From the IMG/VR virus record IMGVR_UViG_2711768014_000006: a stretch of DNA of 44,064 nucleotides, one strand, 5' to 3'. Positions 18,189 through 28,478 of this stretch are shown here, one piece after another (positions within the stretch are counted from its first letter, which is position 1; every line of letters begins with the position of its first letter). The stretch comes from a virus. Lineage: Duplodnaviria > Heunggongvirae > Uroviricota > Caudoviricetes. The notes below the pieces were generated by a model, which saw only the letters and a list, made by a program, of their open reading frames with translations, did not search any database and was not told where the DNA came from. A program made the translations under genes and the position numbers.

Positions 18189-18662
18189 ATGTCATCCATT
18201 GATGCAGCTGTCGTTGTTGACGTTACGCGTCTCCAGCGAGTGTTTGCCCGGCTTCAGTTTGTGGGCGGCGGAAAAGACCTGGCCCGCAGTGTGGCGGCGA
18301 GTCTTCTGTCATCGTCAGAAATGGCGTTTGAGCAGGAAAAAGAGCCGGATGGTGAACGCTGGCATGACTGGTCAGATCCTTACCGTGAGTGGCGTACCCG
18401 TAAGGGATACACGCCCGGCAAAATCCTGACGCTGAACGGCGATCTGGCCCGCCGCCTGACCACGGATTATGGCGATACCTGGGCGCTGATTGGATCAAAT
18501 GAACCTTATGCAGCCATTCATCAGTGGGGTGGCCTGCCTGGTATGCCACCGGGACCGGCGGCCATTGGCGCACGTCCGTATATGGGCTTTGATCAGGTGG
18601 CAGAACAGGAGATCATGGACGAAATCAGAAAACGCTTTAAAAAGGCCACAGAAACGCCGTAA
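18189..18662 (+). CDS. Virion morphogenesis protein (Mu G-like)
   Basis: 157-aa ORF with GGAGG RBS in conserved position. Confidence 0.75.
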   Translation: MSSIDAAVVVDVTRLQRVFARLQFVGGGKDLARSVAASLLSSSEMAFEQEKEPDGERWHDWSDPYREWRTRKGYTPGKILTLNGDLARRLTTDYGDTWALIGSNEPYAAIHQWGGLPGMPPGPAAIGARPYMGFDQVAEQEIMDEIRKRFKKATETP

Positions 18663-18839
18663 TGGTTTAAGGTATGCAAACGTATTACCTTACCCCCTTC
18701 AGGCGCGTGTCGTGATTTTCTAACCTGTATTTAACGGGCTTTAAAATCTGCGTGAAGCGCCTTTCTCATTCCCCCCCTGTCAGCACTTTCTGAAGTCCCG
18801 CAAAACCAGCCCCAAAAATACCCGGCTTATGCTGCCGGT

Positions 18840-19973
18840 ATGAAGACAGAAAATCACCCAAAAGACGCAAATCGCCCCTCCGGTTTAGCCGTGCTTTCAG
18901 CTTCGCTGACTGCATCCGGCGACGGATGGTGTCAGTTACTGCCAGCCGGTCGGGTAAAGGCCCGTGACGGTCGCCCGGAAAAACCGACTGAAGGCTGGCT
19001 GATTAACGAATCCGCCTGTAACCGGATGAAAGCCGGGCTTTCCGCCCTGCATCAGCCGTTACTGATTGATTATGACCATCACTCCGTGAATGCGCAGAAA
19101 AACGGATTCAAGGCTATTGCTGCAGGATGGGTTAAGCCGGAAAACATCGAATGGCGTGAGGGTCAGGGGATTTTCATTAAACCTGAATGGACACCACAGG
19201 CACAAAAACATATTGATGACCGTGAATATGCCTATCTGTCTGCATATATGCATTATTTCGCTGACACCGGGGAACCCTACCTGTTGCGCATGGCTTCCCT
19301 GACGAATGATCCGGGTATTACGGGTATGAACCCTGTCGCGGCACTCAGTGCTGATGATCTCTATGTCGTTTCCCCTTCTCAGGAGCAATCCCCCATGAAT
19401 GAGCAATTACGCCAGTTGCTGACGGCGCTCGGTCTGACCGTGGCTGACGGTGACGAATTTACACCGGAACTGGGCACGGCGGCGCTGTCTGCCCTTACCG
19501 GGATCAAAACCCGTGCGGATGCGCACGACACCCTGAAAACGCAGGTTGCCAGCCTGTCGGCAGAACTGGAAACCGCAAAAGGCACACCAACTGGCGGCAC
19601 TATTGATCTGACGAAATATGTGCCCGTTGAGACGTATAACGCCCTGCGTACCGAATATGCCGCGCTGTCGGCACAACACGGCAGCACCACGCTGGAGCAG
19701 TTGCTGGATAAGGCCGAGTCCGAAGGACGCATTTTCAAAAGCGAACGCGGATACATGGAAGGACTCGGACAACAGATTGGCGTCGCGGCACTTTCTGCAC
19801 AGCTTGACGCCCGCCAGCCGGTTGCGGCTCTGACCACTCTTCAGACCGACACCGTAACCGTGCCGGATAAAAAGACCGCCACCGCTGTGCTGTCGGCTGA
19901 AGATATCGCCGCCGCACGTCTGTTGGGTAAAACCGAAGCCGAGTTCCTGAAAATGAAAGAGGAAATGCAATAA
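18840..19973 (+). CDS. Head maturation protease/scaffold (Mu I-like)
   Basis: 377-aa ORF directly upstream of the major head gene. Confidence 0.7.
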   Translation: MKTENHPKDANRPSGLAVLSASLTASGDGWCQLLPAGRVKARDGRPEKPTEGWLINESACNRMKAGLSALHQPLLIDYDHHSVNAQKNGFKAIAAGWVKPENIEWREGQGIFIKPEWTPQAQKHIDDREYAYLSAYMHYFADTGEPYLLRMASLTNDPGITGMNPVAALSADDLYVVSPSQEQSPMNEQLRQLLTALGLTVADGDEFTPELGTAALSALTGIKTRADAHDTLKTQVASLSAELETAKGTPTGGTIDLTKYVPVETYNALRTEYAALSAQHGSTTLEQLLDKAESEGRIFKSERGYMEGLGQQIGVAALSAQLDARQPVAALTTLQTDTVTVPDKKTATAVLSAEDIAAARLLGKTEAEFLKMKEEMQ

Positions 19974-20920
19974 TGCCTACCCCGATTACACCGGCGATGA
20001 TCACCGCCCTGATGACGGGCTACCGTTCTGATTTTCAGGCCGGGATGTCCATGGCTCCGTCGCAGTACCAGAAAATTGCGATGACCGTGCCGTCCACCTC
20101 GAAATCCAACACCTACGGCTGGCTGGGGCAGTTCCCGCAGTTCCGTGAGTGGATCGGCTCCCGCGTCATCGAGAAGATGAAAGCCTATGGCTACGCCATC
20201 GTGAACAAAACCTTTGAAGGCACCGTTGCCATTAGCCGCGATGACTTTGAAGACGACAATCTCGGCATCTACTCCCCGTTATTCCAGGAAATGGGTCGTG
20301 CCGCTGCGGCACAACCGGATGAACTGGTCTTTGCTGCACTGCGTGATGGTCTGAATGCGGCCTGCTATGACGGCCAGAACTTCTTTGATACCGAACACCC
20401 TGTTTACCCCAAAGTGGATGGCTCCGGTGATGCACAGATGGTCAGCAATATGTTTGTGGCAAAAACCGGCTCTGTCGGTGCACAGGCGGATTACAGCGGC
20501 CCGGCCTGGTATCTGCTTGACTGCTCCCGCGCGGTAAAACCGCTGATTTATCAGGATCGCCGCAAAGCCGAACTGGTTGCCCAGACAAAAGTCGATGAAG
20601 GCCGTGCGTTTACTGATAACGAGTTTGTGTTCGGTGCTTCCGCCCGTCGCAATGTGGGCTACGGCTTCTGGCAGATGGCCTACATGATGCAGTCACCGCT
20701 GACGCTGGATGCGCTGTGGCACGGCTGGTCAGCCATGCGTGACTTTAAGGCTGACGGTGGCCGCAAACTCGGCATCAAACCCACCCATATTGTTGTCCCC
20801 ACCTCGCTGGAAAAACAGGCGGTGCAGCTGCTGGAGCGCGAGCTGTTCGCAGACGGTAACGCCACAGTCTCTAACGAGATGAAGGGCAAGCTGGAGCTGG
20901 TTGTCGCGGATTATCTGTAA
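19973..20920 (+). CDS. Major head subunit (Mu T-like)
   Basis: 315-aa ORF, followed by a GC-rich hairpin at 20928-20946. Confidence 0.85.
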   Translation: MPTPITPAMITALMTGYRSDFQAGMSMAPSQYQKIAMTVPSTSKSNTYGWLGQFPQFREWIGSRVIEKMKAYGYAIVNKTFEGTVAISRDDFEDDNLGIYSPLFQEMGRAAAAQPDELVFAALRDGLNAACYDGQNFFDTEHPVYPKVDGSGDAQMVSNMFVAKTGSVGAQADYSGPAWYLLDCSRAVKPLIYQDRRKAELVAQTKVDEGRAFTDNEFVFGASARRNVGYGFWQMAYMMQSPLTLDALWHGWSAMRDFKADGGRKLGIKPTHIVVPTSLEKQAVQLLERELFADGNATVSNEMKGKLELVVADYL

Positions 20921-20963
20921 ACGGTGAGCCGGGCTTACGGCCCGGCCCCTGCGGAGGGCAAAT

Positions 20964-21323
20964 ATGAATGAACATCACACTGTGGCAGCAACAGATGATT
21001 CAGGCCTTCAGGTCAGTGGTGACAGTCCTGTCACGGTACTGGCAGAAGTGCGTTGCAGTCGTACGCATTTTCGTCGTGCGGGGTTCCTGTTCATGCGGGG
21101 ACGCCAGCAGGTTGACGTCACCCCGGAGCAGCTTGCCCGACTGGAAGCGGAGCCATGCCTCACTGTACGAATACTACAGACGCCTGGTGATGATGCGGGA
21201 GCCGTGGCGGGTGTGGTTCATGCAGAGACCGGTGCAGATTTAGCCGAAGCCGAAACCGTACAGGATGCTCCCCGGAAAAAGACCGGCAATAACGCCAGAC
21301 AGGCGAAAAAGGCGCGCGCATGA
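20964..21323 (+). CDS. Hypothetical head-region protein
   Basis: 119-aa ORF between major head and gp36-like genes. Confidence 0.45.
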   Translation: MNEHHTVAATDDSGLQVSGDSPVTVLAEVRCSRTHFRRAGFLFMRGRQQVDVTPEQLARLEAEPCLTVRILQTPGDDAGAVAGVVHAETGADLAEAETVQDAPRKKTGNNARQAKKARA

Positions 21324-21739
21324 ATTACGCCACCGAAACCGATATGCGGGCACGTTACCGCGAGGATTTGCTCAGGCCATTACTGGCCGTGCCCCGTTCG
21401 GATGAACCGGACACGCGCAAGCTGAACCGGGCACTGACGGACGCGTCTGCCCTTATCGACAGCTATCTGTCTTCCCGTTACACGCTGCCGCTGGCGGTGG
21501 TTCCGGCGGTCCTTGTTCAGCATTGCTGCACGATTGCCTTTTATTACCTGTGCGATCAGCGGGCATCCGATCAGGCGCGTGACCGTTACCGTGAGGCGCT
21601 GGCCTGGCTGAAAGATGTCATGAACGGTAACGTGCCGGTCGGCGTGGATACAGACGGTGCGGCCCCTGAATCCGGGGATTTACCGCAGGTGCAGTCTGAT
21701 GCGGCGGTGTTCGGGCGCAACCAGAAGGGCTTTATATGA
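21320..21739 (+). CDS. Mu gp36-like protein
   Basis: Conserved position, overlapping starts/stops. Confidence 0.6.
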   Translation: MNYATETDMRARYREDLLRPLLAVPRSDEPDTRKLNRALTDASALIDSYLSSRYTLPLAVVPAVLVQHCCTIAFYYLCDQRASDQARDRYREALAWLKDVMNGNVPVGVDTDGAAPESGDLPQVQSDAAVFGRNQKGFI

Positions 21740-22299
21740 TTACGGAAACCGAGCAGGCGTACATCGCCCGTATCCGTGAGTATTTCGGGAATGAACTGGT
21801 GTCTGTTGACACACATCCCGGCGACTGGAGCGACAGCGTACTGCGCACCATGCTGATTAACGCCCCGGCTATCTATGTTGCCTGGCTGGGTGCCGGTGAA
21901 GGGCGTACCCGTGGGCGTCTGGTCAGTCACTGGGTGTTCTACGTCATCGGCGACATGCTCAATGGCCGTGAGGTCAGCCGTCCCGGGCTTTATCAGATTG
22001 TGGCCCGCCTGATTACCGTGCTGGACGGCTTCAGAGCAGAAAAAACCTCACCGCTTTACTTTGAAAAGGCGGTCAACGGTTACACCGAAACGCAGGCAGG
22101 CAGCGGTGCCGTGATGTACGCCCTGTATTTCTCATGCGAGGAAATGATCGACCCGCTGACGGATATCAGCTCGCTGGATGATTTCCTGCGCCATTACGAA
22201 ACCTTTACCGAACCGGAAGGCACGCCGGAATTTAAGGCACACATCCGTCTGCCTGGTGCAACTGCCGCCGGTGAAAACGCCGGACTGTCAGAGGAATAA
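21736..22299 (+). CDS. Mu gp37-like protein
   Basis: Conserved position. Confidence 0.6.
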   Translation: MITETEQAYIARIREYFGNELVSVDTHPGDWSDSVLRTMLINAPAIYVAWLGAGEGRTRGRLVSHWVFYVIGDMLNGREVSRPGLYQIVARLITVLDGFRAEKTSPLYFEKAVNGYTETQAGSGAVMYALYFSCEEMIDPLTDISSLDDFLRHYETFTEPEGTPEFKAHIRLPGATAAGENAGLSEE

Positions 22300-22302
22300 C
22301 AG

Positions 22303-22581
22303 ATGACAACCATTTTTATTAAACCTGCGCCGGGATGCCTGATCCGCGATCCCGACACGATGACTCCGCTCTCTCAGGACGGGGAAGAGAAACCCTTCAC
22401 TCCGTTCTGGTGCCGCCGTCTTAATGATGGCGACGTCATTGTGGTGGATAAAACGGCGGAGCCTGCCCCGGCTGCCACAACTGCTAATACCGGCGCGGCG
22501 GCAAAACCAGCGGGAGCGGTAGCAGAAAAAACTGCGGCGGTGGCTGAAAAAACCGCAGCATCAGATAAGGGGACGTCCTGA
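22303..22581 (+). CDS. Mu gp38-like protein
   Basis: 92-aa ORF upstream of sheath with Ala-rich repeat AVAEKTAAVAEKTAA. Confidence 0.5.
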   Translation: MTTIFIKPAPGCLIRDPDTMTPLSQDGEEKPFTPFWCRRLNDGDVIVVDKTAEPAPAATTANTGAAAKPAGAVAEKTAAVAEKTAASDKGTS

Positions 22582-24083
22582 TGATTAACTTTGATTATAT
22601 CGGCGATAACAATCGCATTCCGCTGGTACAGATTGAAATCAATAATTCAATGGCCGTGACCGGCACTCCACCACAGCGTCAGGCGGTACTGTTGTTTGGT
22701 CAGGCTGCAATGAAAGACACTACCATTCAGGGGCGCGGTCAGCTTGATGTACCAGTACGTATTACCCGAGCTTCACAAGCAAGAGAACTCTGGGGGCGAG
22801 GTTCCATGATTGCACTGATGGTAGAGGAATTTATCGCCATTAACCCTGACACAGAGTTATATGCCATTGCACAGGGGGCTGGAACAGGTCAGTCCAGGGC
22901 ATGCGTGATGAATATCATTGGAACAGCATTGGCAGACGGGGTGTTAAGTGTTTACATCGGCGGTCGCCGTTACCTCCTGCCCGTCAGTAAGGGGAAAAAA
23001 GGTAAAGAGCTTGTGGAAGAGCTGGCTAAGGTCATTAACGCTGACACTGATGCGCCATTCACTGCTATCGCAGCTGAAGTCAGTGGTGATAATGCTGAAG
23101 GACTTAAAGGCAGCATGGGGGTTAACGCCCGCTTTATCGGTGAATGCTCAGCTCATGATTTACGGGTGAACTATTATGACGGTGAAACTACACCGGCCGG
23201 TCTTACGCTGGAGCTCGTCGCGCCAACACAGAAGGCAACAAACCCCGATATCACCCGTAGCGTCTCAGGGATGGGGAATCGTCAGTACAACTACATCGTC
23301 ATGCCCTATAAGGATGCGGCAAATCTCAAAATTCTGGCGGATGAACTGCTGAAACGCTGGGGACCGGTAAAAATGTCGGACGGTATGGTCTGGATGGCGC
23401 ATACCGGCACCTTCGGTACGGCAACCAGTTTTGGTGAATCCCGTAATGACTTCCTGTTTACCTGCACTTCTATTCCTAAAGCACCAGAGCCGGATTATGT
23501 CTGGGCTGCCTCCATTTGTGCGGTCTGTGCGCCCTCCCTGTCAACGGATCCGGCCCGACCATTACAGACACTGGCGCTGCCTGCCCGTATGGCACCTGAA
23601 GCACCGGATCGTCTGACGCGGGAAGAGCGAAACAGCCTGCTTTATACCGGCATGTCCACGGTGACCGTCGCGGCCGCGGATGTGGTGCAGATTGAACGTC
23701 AGGTGACGATGTACCGTCAGAATGCATACGGCGAAATCGATCCCAGCTATCTGGATGTGGAAACCATCTACACCCTGTCATATCTGCGTTATTCCCTGCG
23801 CACCTTTATCACGCAGCGTTTTCCGCGCCATAAACTGGCTGATGACGGGACGCCCGTTCGTGCCGGTCAGAATATCGTGACACCGGAGATCATGAAACTT
23901 CAGTTAATTTCGCTGGGGGAAGAATGGGTGGATCTGGGACTGGTCGAAAATCTGGACACCTTTAAAAAGAATCTGCTCGTGGAGCGCAACACAAAAGACC
24001 GTAACCGTCTGGATGTGATGTGTACACCGGATCTGGTTAACCAGTTCCGCTTCATGGCCGCGCAGATCCGTTTCATTTTGTGA
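22581..24083 (+). CDS. Tail sheath protein (Mu L-like)
   Basis: 500-aa ORF followed by the tube gene. Confidence 0.85.
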   Translation: MINFDYIGDNNRIPLVQIEINNSMAVTGTPPQRQAVLLFGQAAMKDTTIQGRGQLDVPVRITRASQARELWGRGSMIALMVEEFIAINPDTELYAIAQGAGTGQSRACVMNIIGTALADGVLSVYIGGRRYLLPVSKGKKGKELVEELAKVINADTDAPFTAIAAEVSGDNAEGLKGSMGVNARFIGECSAHDLRVNYYDGETTPAGLTLELVAPTQKATNPDITRSVSGMGNRQYNYIVMPYKDAANLKILADELLKRWGPVKMSDGMVWMAHTGTFGTATSFGESRNDFLFTCTSIPKAPEPDYVWAASICAVCAPSLSTDPARPLQTLALPARMAPEAPDRLTREERNSLLYTGMSTVTVAAADVVQIERQVTMYRQNAYGEIDPSYLDVETIYTLSYLRYSLRTFITQRFPRHKLADDGTPVRAGQNIVTPEIMKLQLISLGEEWVDLGLVENLDTFKKNLLVERNTKDRNRLDVMCTPDLVNQFRFMAAQIRFIL

Positions 24084-24091
24084 GGTAAGGC

Positions 24092-24457
24092 ATGAGCGGA
24101 AAACAGTATCAGGGCACGGCCACCATCCGTGTGAACGGGCAGGAGTACGACACCCTTGAGGGGGCCACGTTCTCCCCGTCCGGCTTTGAGCGTGAAGTGG
24201 TGAAAGGCGCGAAAGTTTACGGCTATCGCGAGAAACCCCGTGAGGCGACGCTGGACTGTAAATTCCCGGCGGGCGGAGAAGGTTCACCGGCTGCCGATGA
24301 AATCAACACCTGGACTGCGGTCACGATTGAGTTCGTGGCCGATACCGGTGAAGTCCACATGATGACGAAGGCCTGGAGCAGTGAACCGGCCTCGCTTGAC
24401 GGTGGTGGTGATATCTCCGCGAAGTTCGCCAGCGCCACCAGTACCCGTGTCCAGTAA
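24092..24457 (+). CDS. Tail tube protein (Mu M-like)
   Basis: 121-aa ORF after sheath. Confidence 0.8.
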   Translation: MSGKQYQGTATIRVNGQEYDTLEGATFSPSGFEREVVKGAKVYGYREKPREATLDCKFPAGGEGSPAADEINTWTAVTIEFVADTGEVHMMTKAWSSEPASLDGGGDISAKFASATSTRVQ

Positions 24458-24471
24458 TCAGGAAAAATGTA

Positions 24472-24948
24472 ATGAGCACACGTAAGAAAAAAACGGCGGT
24501 TTCTGACGAGGCCGTGATGGAGGCTATCCGGGATGCACTTGAAGACGGCGATCCCCGCACCGCCGGGCTGGCTGAACAACTGGCGAACGGCTATGTGGAT
24601 CTGCTCGACGGTCTGCCGTTCGGGGAATCCCGTGAATACCGCGTCACCTTCCGCGAACTGACGGCAAAAGACAGCATTGATGCGGAGAGCGAGGCCGAGC
24701 GTCTTATGGAAACCCGAAACGGTCCGGTTCTTGTGGCCTCACCGGCACTGCGCGGCATTGCGCTGCTGCGCCGTCAGATTGCCGCTGTCGGCCAGATTGA
24801 GGGGCCATTGTCTCCGCGTCAGATAGGACAGCTCAGCGAGCGCGATCTCTCCCGACTGATGGCGGCAGTAAGCCTGCTTGATTCCGCGATGGCCGGAAAG
24901 CTGGTCGCTGAACGGGGGCGACCAGATGCAGTGCCGGGATCAGATTGA
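24472..24948 (+). CDS. Tail assembly chaperone (Mu gp41-like)
   Basis: 158-aa ORF immediately upstream of the tape measure gene. Confidence 0.6.
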   Translation: MSTRKKKTAVSDEAVMEAIRDALEDGDPRTAGLAEQLANGYVDLLDGLPFGESREYRVTFRELTAKDSIDAESEAERLMETRNGPVLVASPALRGIALLRRQIAAVGQIEGPLSPRQIGQLSERDLSRLMAAVSLLDSAMAGKLVAERGRPDAVPGSD

Positions 24949-25075
24949 AGAAGCCGCAATTGTGCTGGGGATGGTGACAAAAAGCGGCCCGGAGTGGGCG
25001 CTTAACCTCCCCTTATCGCAGCTTTACCGGCACTGCCGACAGACCGAAAAAATTCTCAGAACGAAGCAGTAACCC

Positions 25076-27133
25076 ATGGCAAAAAACCTGAAAGCCTCCC
25101 TGATTGTCGATTTACTCGGCAATATTTCTGCCAAATCCCGCCAGTGGTCACAGGAGCTGGGGGCATTCTCCCGTTCCGGCAGGACGGGGCTGGGTGGTCT
25201 TGGAAATGCAGCACGTCGTGCCGGTCAGGAGACAGAACTTGTCGGCTCCCGTATGCAGCGAACGCTTGCCGGTGTTCGTGGCAGTATCCGCACGGTGACG
25301 TCAGATTTTGACCGCCTTCAGGGCAGCATTACCGGCACCATCGGGCGGATAAGCAACCTTTACGGGATGCTGGCGGGAGGGGCTGCGGTCTACGGGTTTA
25401 ATAAAGCCTTTATCCGCCCGGCCGCAGAGATGGAGAACTATATTCTGCGTCTCAACGCCATTAATCATGGCGATACGGCAAAAACGGAAGCAGTGAAAGC
25501 CTGGGCGGTACAGAACGCCAAAGACACCACCTGGGGGCTGGCGGGGGTTATGCAGGAATACGCCTCCAGTCGCGGGTTCGGTATGAGTGACAGGGAAGCC
25601 CGTCGCTTTATTACCATGCTTCAGGATCAGGGCGGCTATCACGGCTGGTCACTGTCAGATGCACAGGGTGCGTCCCTGCAACTCAAACAGATGTTTGCCC
25701 GCCAGAGTATCCAGGCAGCGGACGCCAATATTCTGACCGGATACGGGATTAACGTTTACCAGTTGCTGGCCGATAAGCTGGGTGTAAACCAGAAGATCAT
25801 CCGTGAGAAAGGCGAGAAAGGAAAACTGGGACCGGACAGCATTCGCCTGTTATTTCAGGTGATGGCCGAACAGGCAAAAGGTGCCCAGAAAAACGCCATG
25901 AATTCCTGGACGGGAATGACGTCCATGATGGGCGATGTCTGGGACGGATTTGCCCGCGAGGTGATGGCAAAGGGACCGTTTGACAGCCTGAAAAAGAGCC
26001 TGAAAGGCTTTCTGGATTATGCTGATGCGGCACAGAAAAGCGGCTTACAGGATAAGCTGGCCACACAGACGGCCTCAGCCCTGAATCAGGGATTTGAGTA
26101 TGCCAGAGACGCTGCGACCGGCTTTTACCGGGTCATTCAGAAAGTCAGGGAAACGCTTCAGGCACTGCGCGACGCCGGTTATGGCGATGCGCTGGATCGC
26201 ATTGGTCAGGGTGCGCAGACCGCCGCAAAGTACCTGATGTATATGTATCTCGCCTCCCGTGCGCTGAAGGTGCTCAGGTTTGCGGGGACGGGGGCATTAC
26301 GTCTCGGCGCAACCCCCTTACGCTATGGCATGGCGATGACCTCCGTGCTGACGTCGCCCTTCCGCAAACCGCAGACCACTGTACCGGGAACGCAGCCCGG
26401 ACGCGCTGGCCGGTTCCTGAATTTCCTTACCGGGGTAAATCCGGCTGCCGTTCAGCCCGTGCTGGTCACCAATTGGCCTGCGGGTGGCCTGGCCTCAGGT
26501 GGCGGGGATGTGGTGGTCAGCGGTGACGGCAAAACCGTGCGCGGCCGTAAAAAACGCGGCCCCGGACGTGGACGGGGTGTCACGACCGTCGTGACTGCCG
26601 GTGAGCAACTGGCGGAGAGTGCCGGTAAACAGGGCTTCTTCGGTCGTATGATGAGCCGTGCCGGTGGTCTGCTAACGGCGGCCGGAAACCGCATGGGGCT
26701 GGGGCGTTTTGCCGGGCTGTTCCGTGGTGCCGGTCGGCTGGGTGGTGGTGCCCTGTGGGCCGGTGCCATGGCGGCTCCTGTACTGCTGGACAGCAGCGCC
26801 AGTGCAGCCGATAAAGCCGGTGCCGTGGGTTCCCTTGCCGGAAGTATCGCCGGTGGCGCGCTGGGGGCGGCTGCCGGTCCGGTCGGGGTTGCCATTGGTT
26901 CCACGGTGGGCAGCTATCTCGGTGATTATCTGGGGGGCTGGCTGACGCAGGCCTGGCAGAAACTGCGTGGCGGCAGTGACGAAAACGGCGGACAGGCCAC
27001 CGCGAAAACCGCCGCACGGGTGGAGCTTGTTGCCCCTGAAGGCTGGCGGGCGCGCAGTATTGATGTGGATGATACCGCACAGCATGGCCTGGATGTGAAC
27101 GTCTGGAACGGAGGGAACTATGGCCTCTACTGA
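25076..27133 (+). CDS. Tail tape measure protein
   Basis: 685-aa ORF with Gly/Ala-rich C-terminal repeats, after the chaperone. Confidence 0.85.
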   Translation: MAKNLKASLIVDLLGNISAKSRQWSQELGAFSRSGRTGLGGLGNAARRAGQETELVGSRMQRTLAGVRGSIRTVTSDFDRLQGSITGTIGRISNLYGMLAGGAAVYGFNKAFIRPAAEMENYILRLNAINHGDTAKTEAVKAWAVQNAKDTTWGLAGVMQEYASSRGFGMSDREARRFITMLQDQGGYHGWSLSDAQGASLQLKQMFARQSIQAADANILTGYGINVYQLLADKLGVNQKIIREKGEKGKLGPDSIRLLFQVMAEQAKGAQKNAMNSWTGMTSMMGDVWDGFAREVMAKGPFDSLKKSLKGFLDYADAAQKSGLQDKLATQTASALNQGFEYARDAATGFYRVIQKVRETLQALRDAGYGDALDRIGQGAQTAAKYLMYMYLASRALKVLRFAGTGALRLGATPLRYGMAMTSVLTSPFRKPQTTVPGTQPGRAGRFLNFLTGVNPAAVQPVLVTNWPAGGLASGGGDVVVSGDGKTVRGRKKRGPGRGRGVTTVVTAGEQLAESAGKQGFFGRMMSRAGGLLTAAGNRMGLGRFAGLFRGAGRLGGGALWAGAMAAPVLLDSSASAADKAGAVGSLAGSIAGGALGAAAGPVGVAIGSTVGSYLGDYLGGWLTQAWQKLRGGSDENGGQATAKTAARVELVAPEGWRARSIDVDDTAQHGLDVNVWNGGNYGLY

Positions 27134-28478
27134 CACGCCGGGGCGTGGCTCCTTTCGTGGCGTACCGTTCCTGGTTTATCAGGAGCAGCGGGAACGGGGC
27201 GGACGTAACATTGTGCGCCGTGAATACCCACTGCGTGAAAGCGGCGGTGCGGATGATCTGGGGCCAAAACTCCCGGAGTTCACATTCACGGTTCTGGTGA
27301 CCGGAGACGATCTTCAGACACAGCGAAGCCGCCTGCGTGATGCGCTGCGTGCACCCGGTGCCGGTGAACTGATGCACCCGGATTACGGCACGTTAAACGT
27401 GCTGATAAACAGCTTTGAAAGCCGTTATAACGCCAGCGAGCAGGGAACGGTTGAGTTCACGATCAACGTGATCCCCGCCAGTGACGATACCGCCCCTGCG
27501 GTGGCAGAAGATACGGCAGCTGCGCTGGAGCAGAAAAGCGGCTCAGCAATGAATCAGCTGTTTAACACGCTTTCAGACGGCTGGACGGTGATTTCAGACG
27601 GTCTGCATGATGTACAGGCCATGACCGACACCATCAGCGATAAGATTGATGCACTGGAGAATGCCGTTTCGGGGATGGGGATTGTGCAGGATATCAGTGC
27701 CTTTACGGCCAGTTTTACTGCCCTGAAAGGCAATGCCGCCGCCCTGATTAATGCGCCCCGTCGCATGGCTGAATCGCTGGCCGGAATGTTTGCCGTGCTG
27801 ACCGGGCTGCCCGGCGATCCTTCCCTGTCTCTGACCGGAAAAGCCGGAACGCCGTCCGGCAGCCTGACCACAAACCGTGACAGCATGGCAGAGCAGGCCA
27901 TGCCGCAGCTGTACCGCACACTTTCCTCCCTGCGTTACACCCTCAGCGAACAGGATGATCCACAGCGCCTGATTGGCCTGACGCCTGCGGCACAGAAAAA
28001 TATCCGTCTGCTGCGGAGCGTGATGCAGAGTGCAACCCTGGTGTCGCAGGCACAGACGCTCGGAAAACTGCTGGATCAGGTCATCCGGCAGAATACGACG
28101 CACGTTCAGGATACTGACCGTTCGGGCGGACTGGCCTGGCTGGAAAGTTCTGCTGATGTGCAGCGTATCAACCGGGATTTGAGCGATGCCATGGAACAAC
28201 AGGTGCTGGATCTGTCCGCACAGGGCTATACCGGGACTGCCCTTGCATTACGTGATGCAGGGCTTGCGCTGACAGAAGATTTAACCACACGGAGCGTGCA
28301 TCTTCCCGGTGCTTTTCAGGTCATGGTTCGCACCACCGAACCGGCACTGGTCACGCTGTACCGTGCCACCGGCAACAGCAGTCGCTGGCAGTATTTTGTC
28401 CGCAGAAACAATATCCCCGATCCGGTTTTTGTTCCGGGTGGCCGCAGCGTGGAGGTGATCAGTGAGCAGCAGGATTGA
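27120..28478 (+). CDS. DNA circularisation protein (Mu N-like)
   Basis: 452-aa ORF after the tape measure gene. Confidence 0.75.
   Translation: MASTDTPGRGSFRGVPFLVYQEQRERGGRNIVRREYPLRESGGADDLGPKLPEFTFTVLVTGDDLQTQRSRLRDALRAPGAGELMHPDYGTLNVLINSFESRYNASEQGTVEFTINVIPASDDTAPAVAEDTAAALEQKSGSAMNQLFNTLSDGWTVISDGLHDVQAMTDTISDKIDALENAVSGMGIVQDISAFTASFTALKGNAAALINAPRRMAESLAGMFAVLTGLPGDPSLSLTGKAGTPSGSLTTNRDSMAEQAMPQLYRTLSSLRYTLSEQDDPQRLIGLTPAAQKNIRLLRSVMQSATLVSQAQTLGKLLDQVIRQNTTHVQDTDRSGGLAWLESSADVQRINRDLSDAMEQQVLDLSAQGYTGTALALRDAGLALTEDLTTRSVHLPGAFQVMVRTTEPALVTLYRATGNSSRWQYFVRRNNIPDPVFVPGGRSVEVISEQQD

Noticed and set aside
25076-27133. Gly/Ala-rich repeats in the tape measure C-terminal half as a possible repeat array
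   Set aside because: Low-complexity protein-coding repeats within one continuous ORF; no direct-repeat/spacer periodicity
26452-27377. Long minus-strand ORFs (up to 265 aa) antisense to the tape measure gene
   Set aside because: Pro/Arg/Ala-rich low-complexity translations of the reverse strand of a GC-rich Gly/Ala-rich gene; no independent support
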